This document shows, piece by piece, positions 49,087-58,208 of a stretch of 64,000 nt of DNA. A program made the translations under genes and the position numbers. This stretch comes from a bacterium (GTDB lineage Bacteria > UBA8248), in the NCBI GenBank assembly GCA_965203325.1, contig OZ241875.1, positions 224,001 through 288,000 on the forward strand, in the 5' to 3' direction. The notes under the pieces are model-generated. The model did no database searches, had not been told where the DNA came from, and worked only from the letters and a program-made list of their open reading frames with translations. Positions within the stretch are counted from its first letter, which is position 1. Each line of letters opens with the position of its first letter.

Positions 49087-51828
49087 ATGCCTGACGACAA
49101 GGCGATTGCCATCACCATCGACGGCCAAAAGATAGAGGCCGAGGCCGGCGCGACCATCTGGGAGGCGGCGCAGTCGATGGGGGTCGAGGTCCCCAGGCTC
49201 TGCCATCAGCCCGGGGTGGAGCCCGTGGGGGTGTGCCGCGTGTGCGCCGTCGAGGTCGAGGGCGCGCGGACGCTCGTTCCCTCCTGCCACCGCAAAGTCG
49301 AGCCCGGCATGGTGATCCGCACGGGCAGCGAGCGCGTCGTGCGCGCCCAGAAAACGCTCGTGGCCATGCTCATGGCGGACCACGGGCCTGAGTCGGAATC
49401 CGTGAACTGTGAACTCACCGCGCTCGCCGGGCAACTCGAAGCCCAAAACGGCGTGAGCGCCTTACCATCCAAGGAAGCGGGGCGGGCGCAGGATTTCTCG
49501 TCTTCCGTGATCGCCGTCGATCACAGCGCGTGCATCCTGTGCGACCGCTGCATCCGCGCCTGCACGGACGTTCAGGGCAACAACGTCATCGGACGCGGCG
49601 GCAAGGGCGCGAGTGCCAGGATCGTGTTCGACGCGGACCTGCCCATGGGAGAATCCACCTGCGTCTCCTGCGGGGAGTGCATGGCCGCCTGCCCCACCGA
49701 CGCGCTCACGAACAAATCCCTCACGCTGCAAATCGCCCCCGACAAGCCCAGGGAGGTGGATTCGGTCTGCCCCTACTGCGGCGTGGGGTGTTCCATCACC
49801 TACAAGGTGGCGGGCAACACGCTCCTGAGCGTCCGAGGGGACGAGACGAGTCCCGTGAACCGGGGCAGGCTCTGCGTGAAGGGGCGTTACGGGTTCGACT
49901 ACGCGCATCACCCCGACCGCCTCACGACCCCCCTCATCCGCAAGGAAGGCGCGCCCAAGACGAAGGAGTTGCCCGGAGACCCGCTCTCCCTGTTCCGCGA
50001 GGCGAGCTGGGAGGAAGCCATGGACCTGGCGGCGGCCTCGCTGGGGAAAATCCACGAGACCCACGGCCCATCGAGCATGGCCGGCTTCGGTTCGGCCAAA
50101 TGCTCGAACGAGGACAACTACCTCTTCCAGAAGCTCATCCGCGCCGTATTCGGGACGAATAACGTGGATCACTGCACGCGGCTCTGCCACTCGAGTTCGG
50201 TGGCCGCCCTGTTCCAGACCATCGGCTCAAGTGCTGTGAGCAACCCCTTCTCGGACGCGCTCAAAGCCGATTTCATCCTCGTGGCGGGGGCGAACGCCAC
50301 CGAAAACCACCCCGTGGCCGCCACCTTCATCAAGCAGGCCGCAAGCGCAGGAACAACGCTGGTTGTGGTCGACCCGAGGAGAATCGACCTGGTCGACCAC
50401 GCGGACATGTTCGTGCAGTTCCGCCCCGGCACGGACGTGGCGCTCTTCAACGGACTCCTGAACGTGGTGATCGAAGAAAAACTCTACGACGCGGATTTCA
50501 TCGCCGCGCGCACCGAAGGATTCGATGAGCTTGTCGAAAACGTAAAGCCCTACACGCCCGAGAACGTCGCCAAACTCACCGGCGTCCCGGCCGAAACGCT
50601 TCGGGGATTGGCCAGGGGGTACGCGACCTCAGAGCGCAGCATGACCTTCTGGGGCATGGGCCTCTCCCAGCACACCCACGGCACGGACAACTGCCGCGCG
50701 CTCATCGCCCTTTGCCTCATCTGCGGGCAGATAGGCCGGGAGGGAACGGGATTACACCCCCTGCGCGGGCAGAACAACGTGCAGGGCGCATCCGACGTGG
50801 GCCTCATTCCGATGGTCTATTCCGCCTATCAGGACGTCGCCTCGCCCGCGATACGCAGGAAATTCGAAAAGGCGTGGGGCCGCAAGCTCGACCCCGAGCC
50901 CGGCTTGACCGTGATGGAGATCGCCGACGCCGCCAACCGGGGCGAGATAAAGGGCATGTACATCATGGGCGAGAACCCGGCCATGAGCGACCCCAATCTC
51001 AACCACTCGCGCGGCGCGCTGGCGAACCTCGAATTCCTCGTCGTTCAGGACATTTTCCTGACGGAAACCGCCTATTTCGCGGACGTCGTCCTGCCCTCCA
51101 CGGCGTTCCCTGAAAAAACGGGCACCTATACGAATACCGACCGGAGGGTGCAGATCGGCAGGCGCGCCATCGATCCGCCCGGCGAGGCCAGGGAGGACTG
51201 GCGCATCGTGGCCGAACTCGCAGAACGCCTCGGTTATCCGATGGAATATGCGTCCGAAGCCGAGATTTTCGATGAAATCGCCTCCCTGACGCCGTTCATG
51301 GCGGGGATGTCCTACGACCGGCTGGGGGAGCACGGACTCGTCTGGCCGTGCACAAGGCCCAATCACAAGGGCAAGGATGTCCTCTTCGATAAATCGTTCC
51401 CCTCAGGCCGCGGAAAGCTCATTCCCGTCCAGTACGCTCCCGCCAAGGAGTTGCCCGATGACGAATTTCCCTTCGTGCTCAACACGGGGCGCAACATCTA
51501 CCACTGGCACACGGGGGCCATCACCAGAAGGGCGCAGGCTTTGGAGGCCGCGGAACCCGGCCCCTACGTCGAAATGGCGCCCGAAGACCTGAAGCGCCTG
51601 AGGATCAGGAACGATTCGGACATTCGCGTGGAATCGAGGCGCGGGGAGATCACCCTCCCCGCCCGGGCGTCGGCGCGCGTGCGGCCCGGACAGGTCTTCA
51701 TCCCCTTCCACTACGTGGAGGCCGCCGCGAACCTGCTCACCGTCGACGACTTGGACCCTTACGGGAAAATCCCCGAGTTCAAGTTCTGCGCCGTGCGGGT
51801 GAGAAGGCCGAGAAAAAGGCGGGGGTGA
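49087..51828 (+). CDS. fdhF: Formate dehydrogenase alpha subunit (Cys-ligated Mo/W-bisPGD)
   Basis: 2Fe-2S and two 4Fe-4S motifs, CPYCGVGC, NNVDHCTRLCH (TGC codon), LRGQNNVQG, PEFKFCA. Confidence 0.95.
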   Translation: MPDDKAIAITIDGQKIEAEAGATIWEAAQSMGVEVPRLCHQPGVEPVGVCRVCAVEVEGARTLVPSCHRKVEPGMVIRTGSERVVRAQKTLVAMLMADHGPESESVNCELTALAGQLEAQNGVSALPSKEAGRAQDFSSSVIAVDHSACILCDRCIRACTDVQGNNVIGRGGKGASARIVFDADLPMGESTCVSCGECMAACPTDALTNKSLTLQIAPDKPREVDSVCPYCGVGCSITYKVAGNTLLSVRGDETSPVNRGRLCVKGRYGFDYAHHPDRLTTPLIRKEGAPKTKELPGDPLSLFREASWEEAMDLAAASLGKIHETHGPSSMAGFGSAKCSNEDNYLFQKLIRAVFGTNNVDHCTRLCHSSSVAALFQTIGSSAVSNPFSDALKADFILVAGANATENHPVAATFIKQAASAGTTLVVVDPRRIDLVDHADMFVQFRPGTDVALFNGLLNVVIEEKLYDADFIAARTEGFDELVENVKPYTPENVAKLTGVPAETLRGLARGYATSERSMTFWGMGLSQHTHGTDNCRALIALCLICGQIGREGTGLHPLRGQNNVQGASDVGLIPMVYSAYQDVASPAIRRKFEKAWGRKLDPEPGLTVMEIADAANRGEIKGMYIMGENPAMSDPNLNHSRGALANLEFLVVQDIFLTETAYFADVVLPSTAFPEKTGTYTNTDRRVQIGRRAIDPPGEAREDWRIVAELAERLGYPMEYASEAEIFDEIASLTPFMAGMSYDRLGEHGLVWPCTRPNHKGKDVLFDKSFPSGRGKLIPVQYAPAKELPDDEFPFVLNTGRNIYHWHTGAITRRAQALEAAEPGPYVEMAPEDLKRLRIRNDSDIRVESRRGEITLPARASARVRPGQVFIPFHYVEAAANLLTVDDLDPYGKIPEFKFCAVRVRRPRKRRG

Positions 51829-51964
51829 ACACGGCCCGTCCGGTGTTCGATGGAATTCGTTCATTAAAGTAACACTTTACATATCAAATGCAACCATCTG
51901 TTATTATGCAATTACTCCATCGAAATTCCCATCGATCATGCAGGTAATTCCCGATAAAACAAGA

Positions 51965-51991
51965 GTAGGGCGGCTCGCGAGCCGCCCCTAC
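51965..51991. repeat. GTAG REP palindrome
   Basis: GTAGGGCGGCTCGCGAGCCGCCCCTAC. Confidence 0.75.
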
Positions 51992-52042
51992 AGCTATTTA
52001 TTGAGACGATACCCCATCTACCTAGAACCCCTGATTTTTCCC

Positions 52043-52948
52043 TCACCGGAAACTCGTGATCAGGAATCCGCCCAGCACCACCAGCCCCGCCGCGCCGAAA
52101 AGGCGCGCGTTCACGCGCTCCATGTCGCCCATGAAGACGAGGCTCAGGAGAACCACCCATATCGGGGCGGTGCGGCTCAGGGGCAGGACGACGGTGACGT
52201 CCGAAAACGTGAGCGTGTACCACAAAAGCCCGGTGGCGGTGGCGGAGAACACCGAGCCCAGCAGTATCCAGCTTACGTCGCGCCTGTCCGCCCGTATCTT
52301 GCCGCTCGCGCCCAGAAACGGCTTCGCGCACAGAAGAAAGAGGAAACCCGCCAGAAAAGCGAAGCCCACCGCCGCGAAGGGCGTTCTCTGCTCGGCGTAG
52401 CCGATTTTCGCGATGACCGGCATGGCGGCGTACATGAACGAGGCGAAGACGGGGAAAACGAGCGCGCGGCGGAATTCGGGCCCCATGCCGCCCTTTTCGA
52501 CGGCCTTGCCCTCGCCCATTGAGATGAGCGCCACGCCGCCCACGATGGAGAGCGTCCCGAGAACCACCGCTACGCCCGGTTGCTCGCCCAGAAAGAACGC
52601 GGCGAAAAATACCGCCCATATCGGGGCCGAAGCCTGCACCGGACTCGTCCGGCTCGCGCCGATGCGCTGTATCGCGGTGTAGGAAGCCAGATGGCCCATC
52701 CCCTGCCCCAGACAGCCCGCCAGCATGAACCACAAGGCGGGCCTGAGCGATGAGGTCTGCAGCGTGCCCAGGGAAAAAGCGATGCTCAGGAGCAAAAAAC
52801 TCGCCACGGCGTTCGTTATCAGCACGCCCGTGATGGGAGAGGCATTCCTCAATCCCCGGCGGAAGGAGATGAGCGCCCCCGAGTAGATGAACGAAGATGC
52901 GAGGGCGAGGATTTCGCCCGACATGAAAAAAGGAGGTTGCACGTTCAT
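52043..52948 (-). CDS. EamA/DMT transporter (copy 3)
   Basis: About 10 TM helices, IG.SR..P, LGE.P, PLSR..P.W, ER. Confidence 0.9.
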   Translation of the reverse strand: MNVQPPFFMSGEILALASSFIYSGALISFRRGLRNASPITGVLITNAVASFLLLSIAFSLGTLQTSSLRPALWFMLAGCLGQGMGHLASYTAIQRIGASRTSPVQASAPIWAVFFAAFFLGEQPGVAVVLGTLSIVGGVALISMGEGKAVEKGGMGPEFRRALVFPVFASFMYAAMPVIAKIGYAEQRTPFAAVGFAFLAGFLFLLCAKPFLGASGKIRADRRDVSWILLGSVFSATATGLLWYTLTFSDVTVVLPLSRTAPIWVVLLSLVFMGDMERVNARLFGAAGLVVLGGFLITSFR

Positions 52949-52998
52949 GGGCGCGACTATACACGCCCCAAGGTCTTGAGGCGAGATGAGCGGGCGTT

Positions 52999-53898
52999 TT
53001 ACTTGAAGGCGGTGATCAGCACCCCGCCCGCCACGACCATCCCCGCCGCCAGGACGATGCGCGAGGTGATGCGCTCGAGCCCGCCCAGGAAGAGATAGGT
53101 CCACAGCACGACCCACAGGGGCACGAGCCGGCTCAGCGGGAGCACCGTCGAGACGGGCGCGATGCTCATCGCCGTCCAGAACATGATGGCCGCCAGTGTC
53201 GTGGTGATTCCCGCACCGAGAAACAAATAGACGGCTCTCCTGTCGGCTTCGAGCTTGCCGCCGTCGGGCAGGAGGGGGCGCGTCACCGCCAGGAGCACGG
53301 TTCCCGCCGTGAAGGCGCACGCGAAGCCCATGATGGGGGTTTTCTGGTAGGAGAACGCGACGTTCGCCAGCACGGGCAGCAGTCCGTAGGAGAGCGCGGA
53401 GGTGAGCGGGTAGACGAGCGCGCCTTGAAAGAAATTCTTGAAACTCTGGTCCGCGCGCCGCTCGCCCAGCGAGAGCAGGCAGACGCCCGCCACGATCAGA
53501 ACCGTCCCCATCGCCACGCCGACGCCGGGCCGCTCGCCCAGAAACATCATCGCGAAGGTGACCGAGAAGATGGGCGTTGATGATTGAATCGGCACGGAGC
53601 GGCTCACGCCCATCCTCTCGATGCCGATGGCGTTCGTGAGTTGCCCCACACCCTGCCCCAGGCACCCGCCAAGCATGAAGATCAGGACGGGCGTGAGCAT
53701 GGATTCCTGCAGCGTGCCACGGGCGGCGGCGATGACGAGCCCCAGGACGGAGACGGTCGAACTCAATATCAGCACGCCCGCTATCGGCGTCGCGCTCCTC
53801 ACCCCCTGGCGGATGGCGATGAGAGACGTCGAATAGGATATGGACGCCCCTATCGCCAGCAATTCCCCCCAGCCTGCCTGTGCGAAAAGACCCGACAT
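52999..53898 (-). CDS. EamA/DMT transporter (copy 2)
   Basis: Same motifs; clear paralogue of the flanking copies. Confidence 0.9.
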   Translation of the reverse strand: MSGLFAQAGWGELLAIGASISYSTSLIAIRQGVRSATPIAGVLILSSTVSVLGLVIAAARGTLQESMLTPVLIFMLGGCLGQGVGQLTNAIGIERMGVSRSVPIQSSTPIFSVTFAMMFLGERPGVGVAMGTVLIVAGVCLLSLGERRADQSFKNFFQGALVYPLTSALSYGLLPVLANVAFSYQKTPIMGFACAFTAGTVLLAVTRPLLPDGGKLEADRRAVYLFLGAGITTTLAAIMFWTAMSIAPVSTVLPLSRLVPLWVVLWTYLFLGGLERITSRIVLAAGMVVAGGVLITAFK

Positions 53899-53949
53899 TG
53901 TATGACTGACTGCTCCTCGATAATGCGCATCGCCCCGCAACCGGGGCGC

Positions 53950-54852
53950 CTAGCGGAACAGGGTGATCATCACCCCGCCGGCCACGACGAGGCACGCCGC
54001 GACCACCGTTTTGGGCACTACGCGCTCTATTTTCCCCAGAAACAGGAAACTGAACAGGATCACCCACAGGGGCGTCATCCGGCTCAGCGGCAATACGCTC
54101 GACACCATACCCGCCACGAACGCCGTCCACATCAGAAACGCGGCGATGATGTTGAACGGAAGCCCCACCAGCAGGGCGCGTAGCGTCGCCATGTTCCCGC
54201 GTATCACCCCGCCGCCGGGCATCATGCGCCTCGCCGCCAGCATGAGCAAAAGGCCCGAGCCGAACGCCACGCCGAACCCCAGATAGGGCGCCTCGTGCTC
54301 CGCCAGGCCCAGCTTGGCGAACACGGGCACCGTCGCATAGCAAACGGATGAAGAAAGCGGCAGGAGGTAGTCTCTCCGCACCGGCTCCCCGCGCCCTTTT
54401 TTCCCGCCTCCCCTCCCCGGCCAGGAGAGCAGGAAGACGCCTCCCACGATGCCCAACGTCCCCAGGAGAACATAAACGCCCGGCTGCTCGCCCAGGATGA
54501 TGACGGCGAACGCCACGCCCCAAAGAGGTGAGGAGGCATGGATCGCCGTAGCCCGGCTCACGCCCAGGCGTTCGATGGCCGAGAAGAAGATGAGGCTTCC
54601 CGTTCCGTGGCCGGCCATGCCCGTGAGCGCGAACCAGCCGAGCGCGCGCATGTTGGTGGACGCCAGCGTGCCCAGCATCCATGCGGTCGCCAGCCCCGCG
54701 ATGCTCACCAGCGAATTCAGGACGATGATGCTCATCAGGGGACTTCCGGTCGTCATCGCCCGGCGCACCGAAATGAGTGTGATGGAATAGCTGAACGAGG
54801 TCGCCACGGCGAGAAACTCGGGACTGCCCCACGATGATATCCACTCGACCAT
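53950..54852 (-). CDS. EamA/DMT transporter (copy 1)
   Basis: Same motifs; clear paralogue. Confidence 0.9.
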   Translation of the reverse strand: MVEWISSWGSPEFLAVATSFSYSITLISVRRAMTTGSPLMSIIVLNSLVSIAGLATAWMLGTLASTNMRALGWFALTGMAGHGTGSLIFFSAIERLGVSRATAIHASSPLWGVAFAVIILGEQPGVYVLLGTLGIVGGVFLLSWPGRGGGKKGRGEPVRRDYLLPLSSSVCYATVPVFAKLGLAEHEAPYLGFGVAFGSGLLLMLAARRMMPGGGVIRGNMATLRALLVGLPFNIIAAFLMWTAFVAGMVSSVLPLSRMTPLWVILFSFLFLGKIERVVPKTVVAACLVVAGGVMITLFR

Positions 54853-54986
54853 GGGGCGGACTATACACCCCAAACCCCCGGGAGGCGAGGATGCGGGCGG
54901 ATCATCTGGCCACGGACCGGCTCAGCGGATAGAATGCGCCCCGATGGACACGATTACTATTCATTCCATGAGAGCGGAGGCCGAAA

Positions 54987-55298
54987 ATGGCGGATGAGAG
55001 AGTATTCCTGATAGCGTGGCTGAAGCCCAAGCCCGGCAAAGAAGACGAGATGGCCGAACTCCTGGGGGGCATGTGCGCCCCATCGCGCAATGAGGCGGGG
55101 TGCATCTTCTACAACCTCTACCGGGCGACGGACGAGGCGGGCGCGTTTCACTTCATCGAATGCTGGAAATCACAGGCCGCTCTCGACGCGCACCGCGAAG
55201 AGCCGCACTACAAGAATTTCCGCGAAAAACTGCCCGACCTGCTCGCGGAGCCCGTGGGCGTGAAATTCCTCGAAGCCCTCGATTCGACGATGGGGTGA
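54987..55298 (+). CDS. Antibiotic biosynthesis monooxygenase (ABM) / putative quinol monooxygenase
   Basis: KPGKE, SR.E.GC..Y, F.E.W....ALDAH...PHY. Confidence 0.9.
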   Translation: MADERVFLIAWLKPKPGKEDEMAELLGGMCAPSRNEAGCIFYNLYRATDEAGAFHFIECWKSQAALDAHREEPHYKNFREKLPDLLAEPVGVKFLEALDSTMG

Positions 55299-55318
55299 TG
55301 TCGGGAGACAGGGAGCGT

Positions 55319-55572
55319 GTAGGGACAGGCCTCCGTGCCTGTCCGGCAGGGGGTTGTTGAATAAGCCGGATAATCTCTGTGTGGTATGGGAGCTCACGCG
55401 GCGGCGCAGAGGAAGCCTGCGCGCAGCGAGCTGGGGTGATTGCTCGTGTAGGGGCCGCATATATGCGGCCCGTGGTCGGCAGGCGTAAAAGGCAGGGTCG
55501 CATATATGCGACCCCTACATCTTCACATACGTCGAACCAAACCGCTGAATCAGAACTGTCTCAATAAGCCCC
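55319..55572. repeat. GTAG REP followed by a terminal-repeat-bounded REP doublet
   Basis: GTAGGGACAGGC..GCCTGTCC at 55319; GGGGTTGTTGAATAAG (55350) ... TCTCAATAAGCCCC (55572); CATATATG REP pair at 55448-55518. Confidence 0.78.
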
Positions 55573-55590
55573 TCATCAGTCGGGATTGGC

Positions 55591-56385
55591 CTACCACAAC
55601 GACTTCAAGCGCCCCCCGTCCAGGTTCAGGGAAATTCCGGTGATGTAGCTCGCGCGTTCGGAGCAGAGAAAGACGATGGCGTCGGCGAGTTCTTCGGGCC
55701 TGCCGAAACGGCCCAGCGCGTTCTTGCGCGCCGCGCGGCGGCGGGCCTCATCTTCGGAATCCGCCGCGAGTTCAGCAGCCAGGCCCTGCGCGTTCATCCG
55801 CCAGAGCGCGGTGTCCACCCAGCCGGGGCACACCGCGTTCACGTGAATCCCCGCCTCGCCGAATTCGGTCGAAAGCGATTTCGTCATGTTCAGGAGCGCG
55901 CTGTTCGTCATGCCGCTGCCGAACATGTAGGGGTCGGGCTCCTTGCCGGCCCCTCCGATCATGTTCACGATGCGGCCCCACCCGTTCGCGCGCATCCCCG
56001 GCTCCACGAGACGGATGAGCCTCAAAAAACCGAACAGCTTGGTGTCGAGCTGTTTCTGCAAACCGGCGTCATCGAGCACCTCGAACCTGCCCGAGCTCAT
56101 GGTGCCCGCGTTGTTCACCAGAATGTCGATGGTGCCGAGTTTTTCCTGCGCGCGCTCTACCAGGGGCGCGAGTTCCCCCTCGTTCGAGGTGTCCGCCACG
56201 GCGTAGTGGATTTCGCCTCCCGTCTCATCGGCCAATTGCGCGCAAGTCTCGGCCAGGGCCTCTTCGTTTCTCGCGCAGGTGAACACGCGGACGCCCTCTT
56301 CCAGGAAGCGCCTCGCCGTCTCTTTGCCGATGCCCCGGCTGCCGCCCGTCACCAGGGCCGCTTTTCCTTGGATGCCTAAGTCCAC
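55591..56385 (-). CDS. Atypical SDR (no YxxxK)
   Basis: MDLGIQGK..LVTGGSRGIG, NNAG; active-site segment reads SGMTN. GTG start at 56385 after GAGGA. Confidence 0.88.
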   Translation of the reverse strand: MDLGIQGKAALVTGGSRGIGKETARRFLEEGVRVFTCARNEEALAETCAQLADETGGEIHYAVADTSNEGELAPLVERAQEKLGTIDILVNNAGTMSSGRFEVLDDAGLQKQLDTKLFGFLRLIRLVEPGMRANGWGRIVNMIGGAGKEPDPYMFGSGMTNSALLNMTKSLSTEFGEAGIHVNAVCPGWVDTALWRMNAQGLAAELAADSEDEARRRAARKNALGRFGRPEELADAIVFLCSERASYITGISLNLDGGRLKSLW

Positions 56386-56399
56386 GGGTTTCCTCATAG

Positions 56400-56457
56400 G
56401 TAGGGACAGGCCCCTGTGCCTGTCCAACAACGGGCGACCACAGGGGGTCGCCCCTAC
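56400..56457. repeat. Inverted GTAG REP doublet
   Basis: GTAGGGACAGGCCCCTGTGCCTGTCC ... GGGCGACCACAGGGGGTCGCCCCTAC. Confidence 0.8.
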
Positions 56458-56472
56458 AAAACCTTCCTCCCC

Positions 56473-57063
56473 CTACCCCGACACCTGCGCGACTTCCTCC
56501 CATTCCTTCCAGCCGATGATGTCGTCGGGCGGCTCCACGGGGTTGTGGAGGCCGTCCTGCAAGCGGTTCCAGGCGTTGAACAGGCAGGTGAACAGCGTGA
56601 GTTCCACGATGTCCTTTTCGCTGAAAAATTCCTTGAGCGGCGCAAAACAGGCGTCGTCTGCGGCGGCCGTGTTTCTCGTTAAGGCCGTCGCCCAGCGGAT
56701 CACCGCCTTTTCGCGCTCATCGAAAAGGTCGCTCCCTTCCCATCCGTCGATTATCAACGCGATATGTTCGTCGTTCAATCCGGCAGCTTGACCAAGCTTG
56801 ACGTTGTGGTTCGTTCATATCTCGCAGTCGTTGATGAGCGAAGGCGTCAGGATCGCCAACTGCATCAGGCGCATTCTGGACGAATCCGTCCGCCACTGGC
56901 TCCTGAGAGCCACCGTCAGGCTCATGATGTGGCGCAAGGCTTCTGGCGAATGGGCCAGGGCGCGGTAGAAGCTGGGCACCGTGCCCCACCTTTCCCTCGA
57001 TTGTTCAAAGAGCGGTTCGTGATCGCCAGCGGCGTCATCGGGTACCGGCGTGATTCTCGACAT
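56473..57063 (-). CDS. AhpD/carboxymuconolactone decarboxylase-family protein, probable selenoprotein (CxxU, Sec at codon 83)
   Basis: AAGGAG then ATG at 57063; G.VP..YR.LAHSP; S..NDCEI-TGA-TNH; the frame continues in phase to FDEREKA...W...LT...EL......FN..NR. Confidence 0.87.
56785..56798 (-). promoter_or_regulatory. Putative bacterial SECIS hairpin
   Basis: On the minus strand: AGCTT-GGTC-AAGCT, stem starting 17 nt after the TGA, GGUC loop. Confidence 0.7.
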
Positions 57064-57169
57064 CTCGGTCTCCTTGTGCGTCGGAATTCGCAATGTAATG
57101 TCATTCTGGTGTTTTCTTGTTTTTAGCAGATTTCCGGGGTTGTCACCAAGGGACGAAGCCGATCGAGCA

Positions 57170-57321
57170 GGGGTTGTTGAATCACCCCCATCAATCGAGT
57201 TTGGTCTGTAGGTCGGACATATATGTCCGACATATATGCGGCCCGTGCGGAGTCGAATCGAAACCTGTAAAGGCGCAGGCGATGAAAACCAAACCACGGG
57301 TCGCATATATGCGACCCCTAC
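57170..57321. repeat. Terminal-repeat-like end plus GTAG REP group (CATATATG core)
   Basis: GGGGTTGTTGAAT; GTAGGTCGGACATATATGTCCGAC; GGGTCGCATATATGCGACCCCTAC. Confidence 0.8.
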
Positions 57322-57419
57322 AATCTCTAATACCATTCCCCTGCCCATCCCCCCTTTGCGGTGCGCATCGCCCCCTGCTATAAGTCGGCTTGCCGCATCG
57401 TCCGTGAAAGGAAACCCCG

Positions 57420-58130
57420 ATGGAGCACCAGAAAATCCTCATCATCTGCGCGCACCCCGACGACATCGAGTTCCGCTGCGCAGGCTCGGTCGCCAAATGG
57501 ACCCGCGAGGGCCGGCGCGTGGCGTACTGCCTCGCCACGAGCGGGGACAAGGGCGTGAACGGCCCCGAATCGCGCCGCATGACCATCCAGGAGAAACAGG
57601 CGATCCGCGAGAGCGAACAGCGCGCGGCGGCGGCGGTCGTCGGCGTCGAGAAAATCCACTTCCTGCGCCATACGGACGGGGAAGTCCGCAACACGGCGGA
57701 ACTCAGGCGCGACCTCGTGCACGTGATGCGGGAGTGCAAGCCGGACCTCGTGATCGCCGACGACCCGGCGAACGATGCCTTCGACAGTTTTTACGGCTAC
57801 CACGGCGACCACCGCGCCGTCGCGGAGGCGGTCTTCGACGCGCTCTATCCCGCCGTGGGGAACGAGAATTATTTTCCCGAGTTGCTGGCGGAGGGTCTGG
57901 AGCCGCACACGCCCAAAGAGGCCTATTTCAAGACGATTCCCGGCGCGGATACTTGGGTGGACATCACCGACACGTTCGATCTGAAACTGGAAGCGCTCAA
58001 ATGCCACAAGAGCCAGCTCAATGATTTCGAGGAAATGGTTCCCCTGCTGCGCGACTGGGCGAAACGCTCGGGCGAGGCGGGCGGCCTCGAGTGCGCCGAG
58101 TCCTACCGGCGCATGGAGGTGCCGCAGTAG
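57420..58130 (+). CDS. PIG-L/LmbE family deacetylase
   Basis: AHPDD, T.GDKG, R..E...A, HGDH, K..AL.CH.SQ. Confidence 0.92.
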   Translation: MEHQKILIICAHPDDIEFRCAGSVAKWTREGRRVAYCLATSGDKGVNGPESRRMTIQEKQAIRESEQRAAAAVVGVEKIHFLRHTDGEVRNTAELRRDLVHVMRECKPDLVIADDPANDAFDSFYGYHGDHRAVAEAVFDALYPAVGNENYFPELLAEGLEPHTPKEAYFKTIPGADTWVDITDTFDLKLEALKCHKSQLNDFEEMVPLLRDWAKRSGEAGGLECAESYRRMEVPQ

Positions 58131-58179
58131 GGGCGAGTGATTGCGGCGGATGTGCTCAAGGTAACGGTCGTCGAGAAGT

Positions 58180-58208
58180 TTGTGCCCGATCTCGAAGTCA
58201 TGTATAAT
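58180..58208 (+). promoter_or_regulatory. Putative sigma70 promoter
   Basis: TTGTGC-17 nt-TATAAT upstream of the deaminase/ABC operon. Confidence 0.55.

Noticed and set aside
50161..50195. Possible Sec in formate dehydrogenase
   Set aside because: The codon is TGC (Cys) and the frame is uninterrupted.
51885..51920. dif (XerC/D) site
   Set aside because: A GCATAA half-site-like stretch exists on the minus strand, but there is no TTATGTTAAAT-like XerD arm.
52043..54868. 941-aa ORF suggesting a fused triple EamA
   Set aside because: Only the last 301 aa are EamA-like; the upstream part is an off-frame read of the other two copies.
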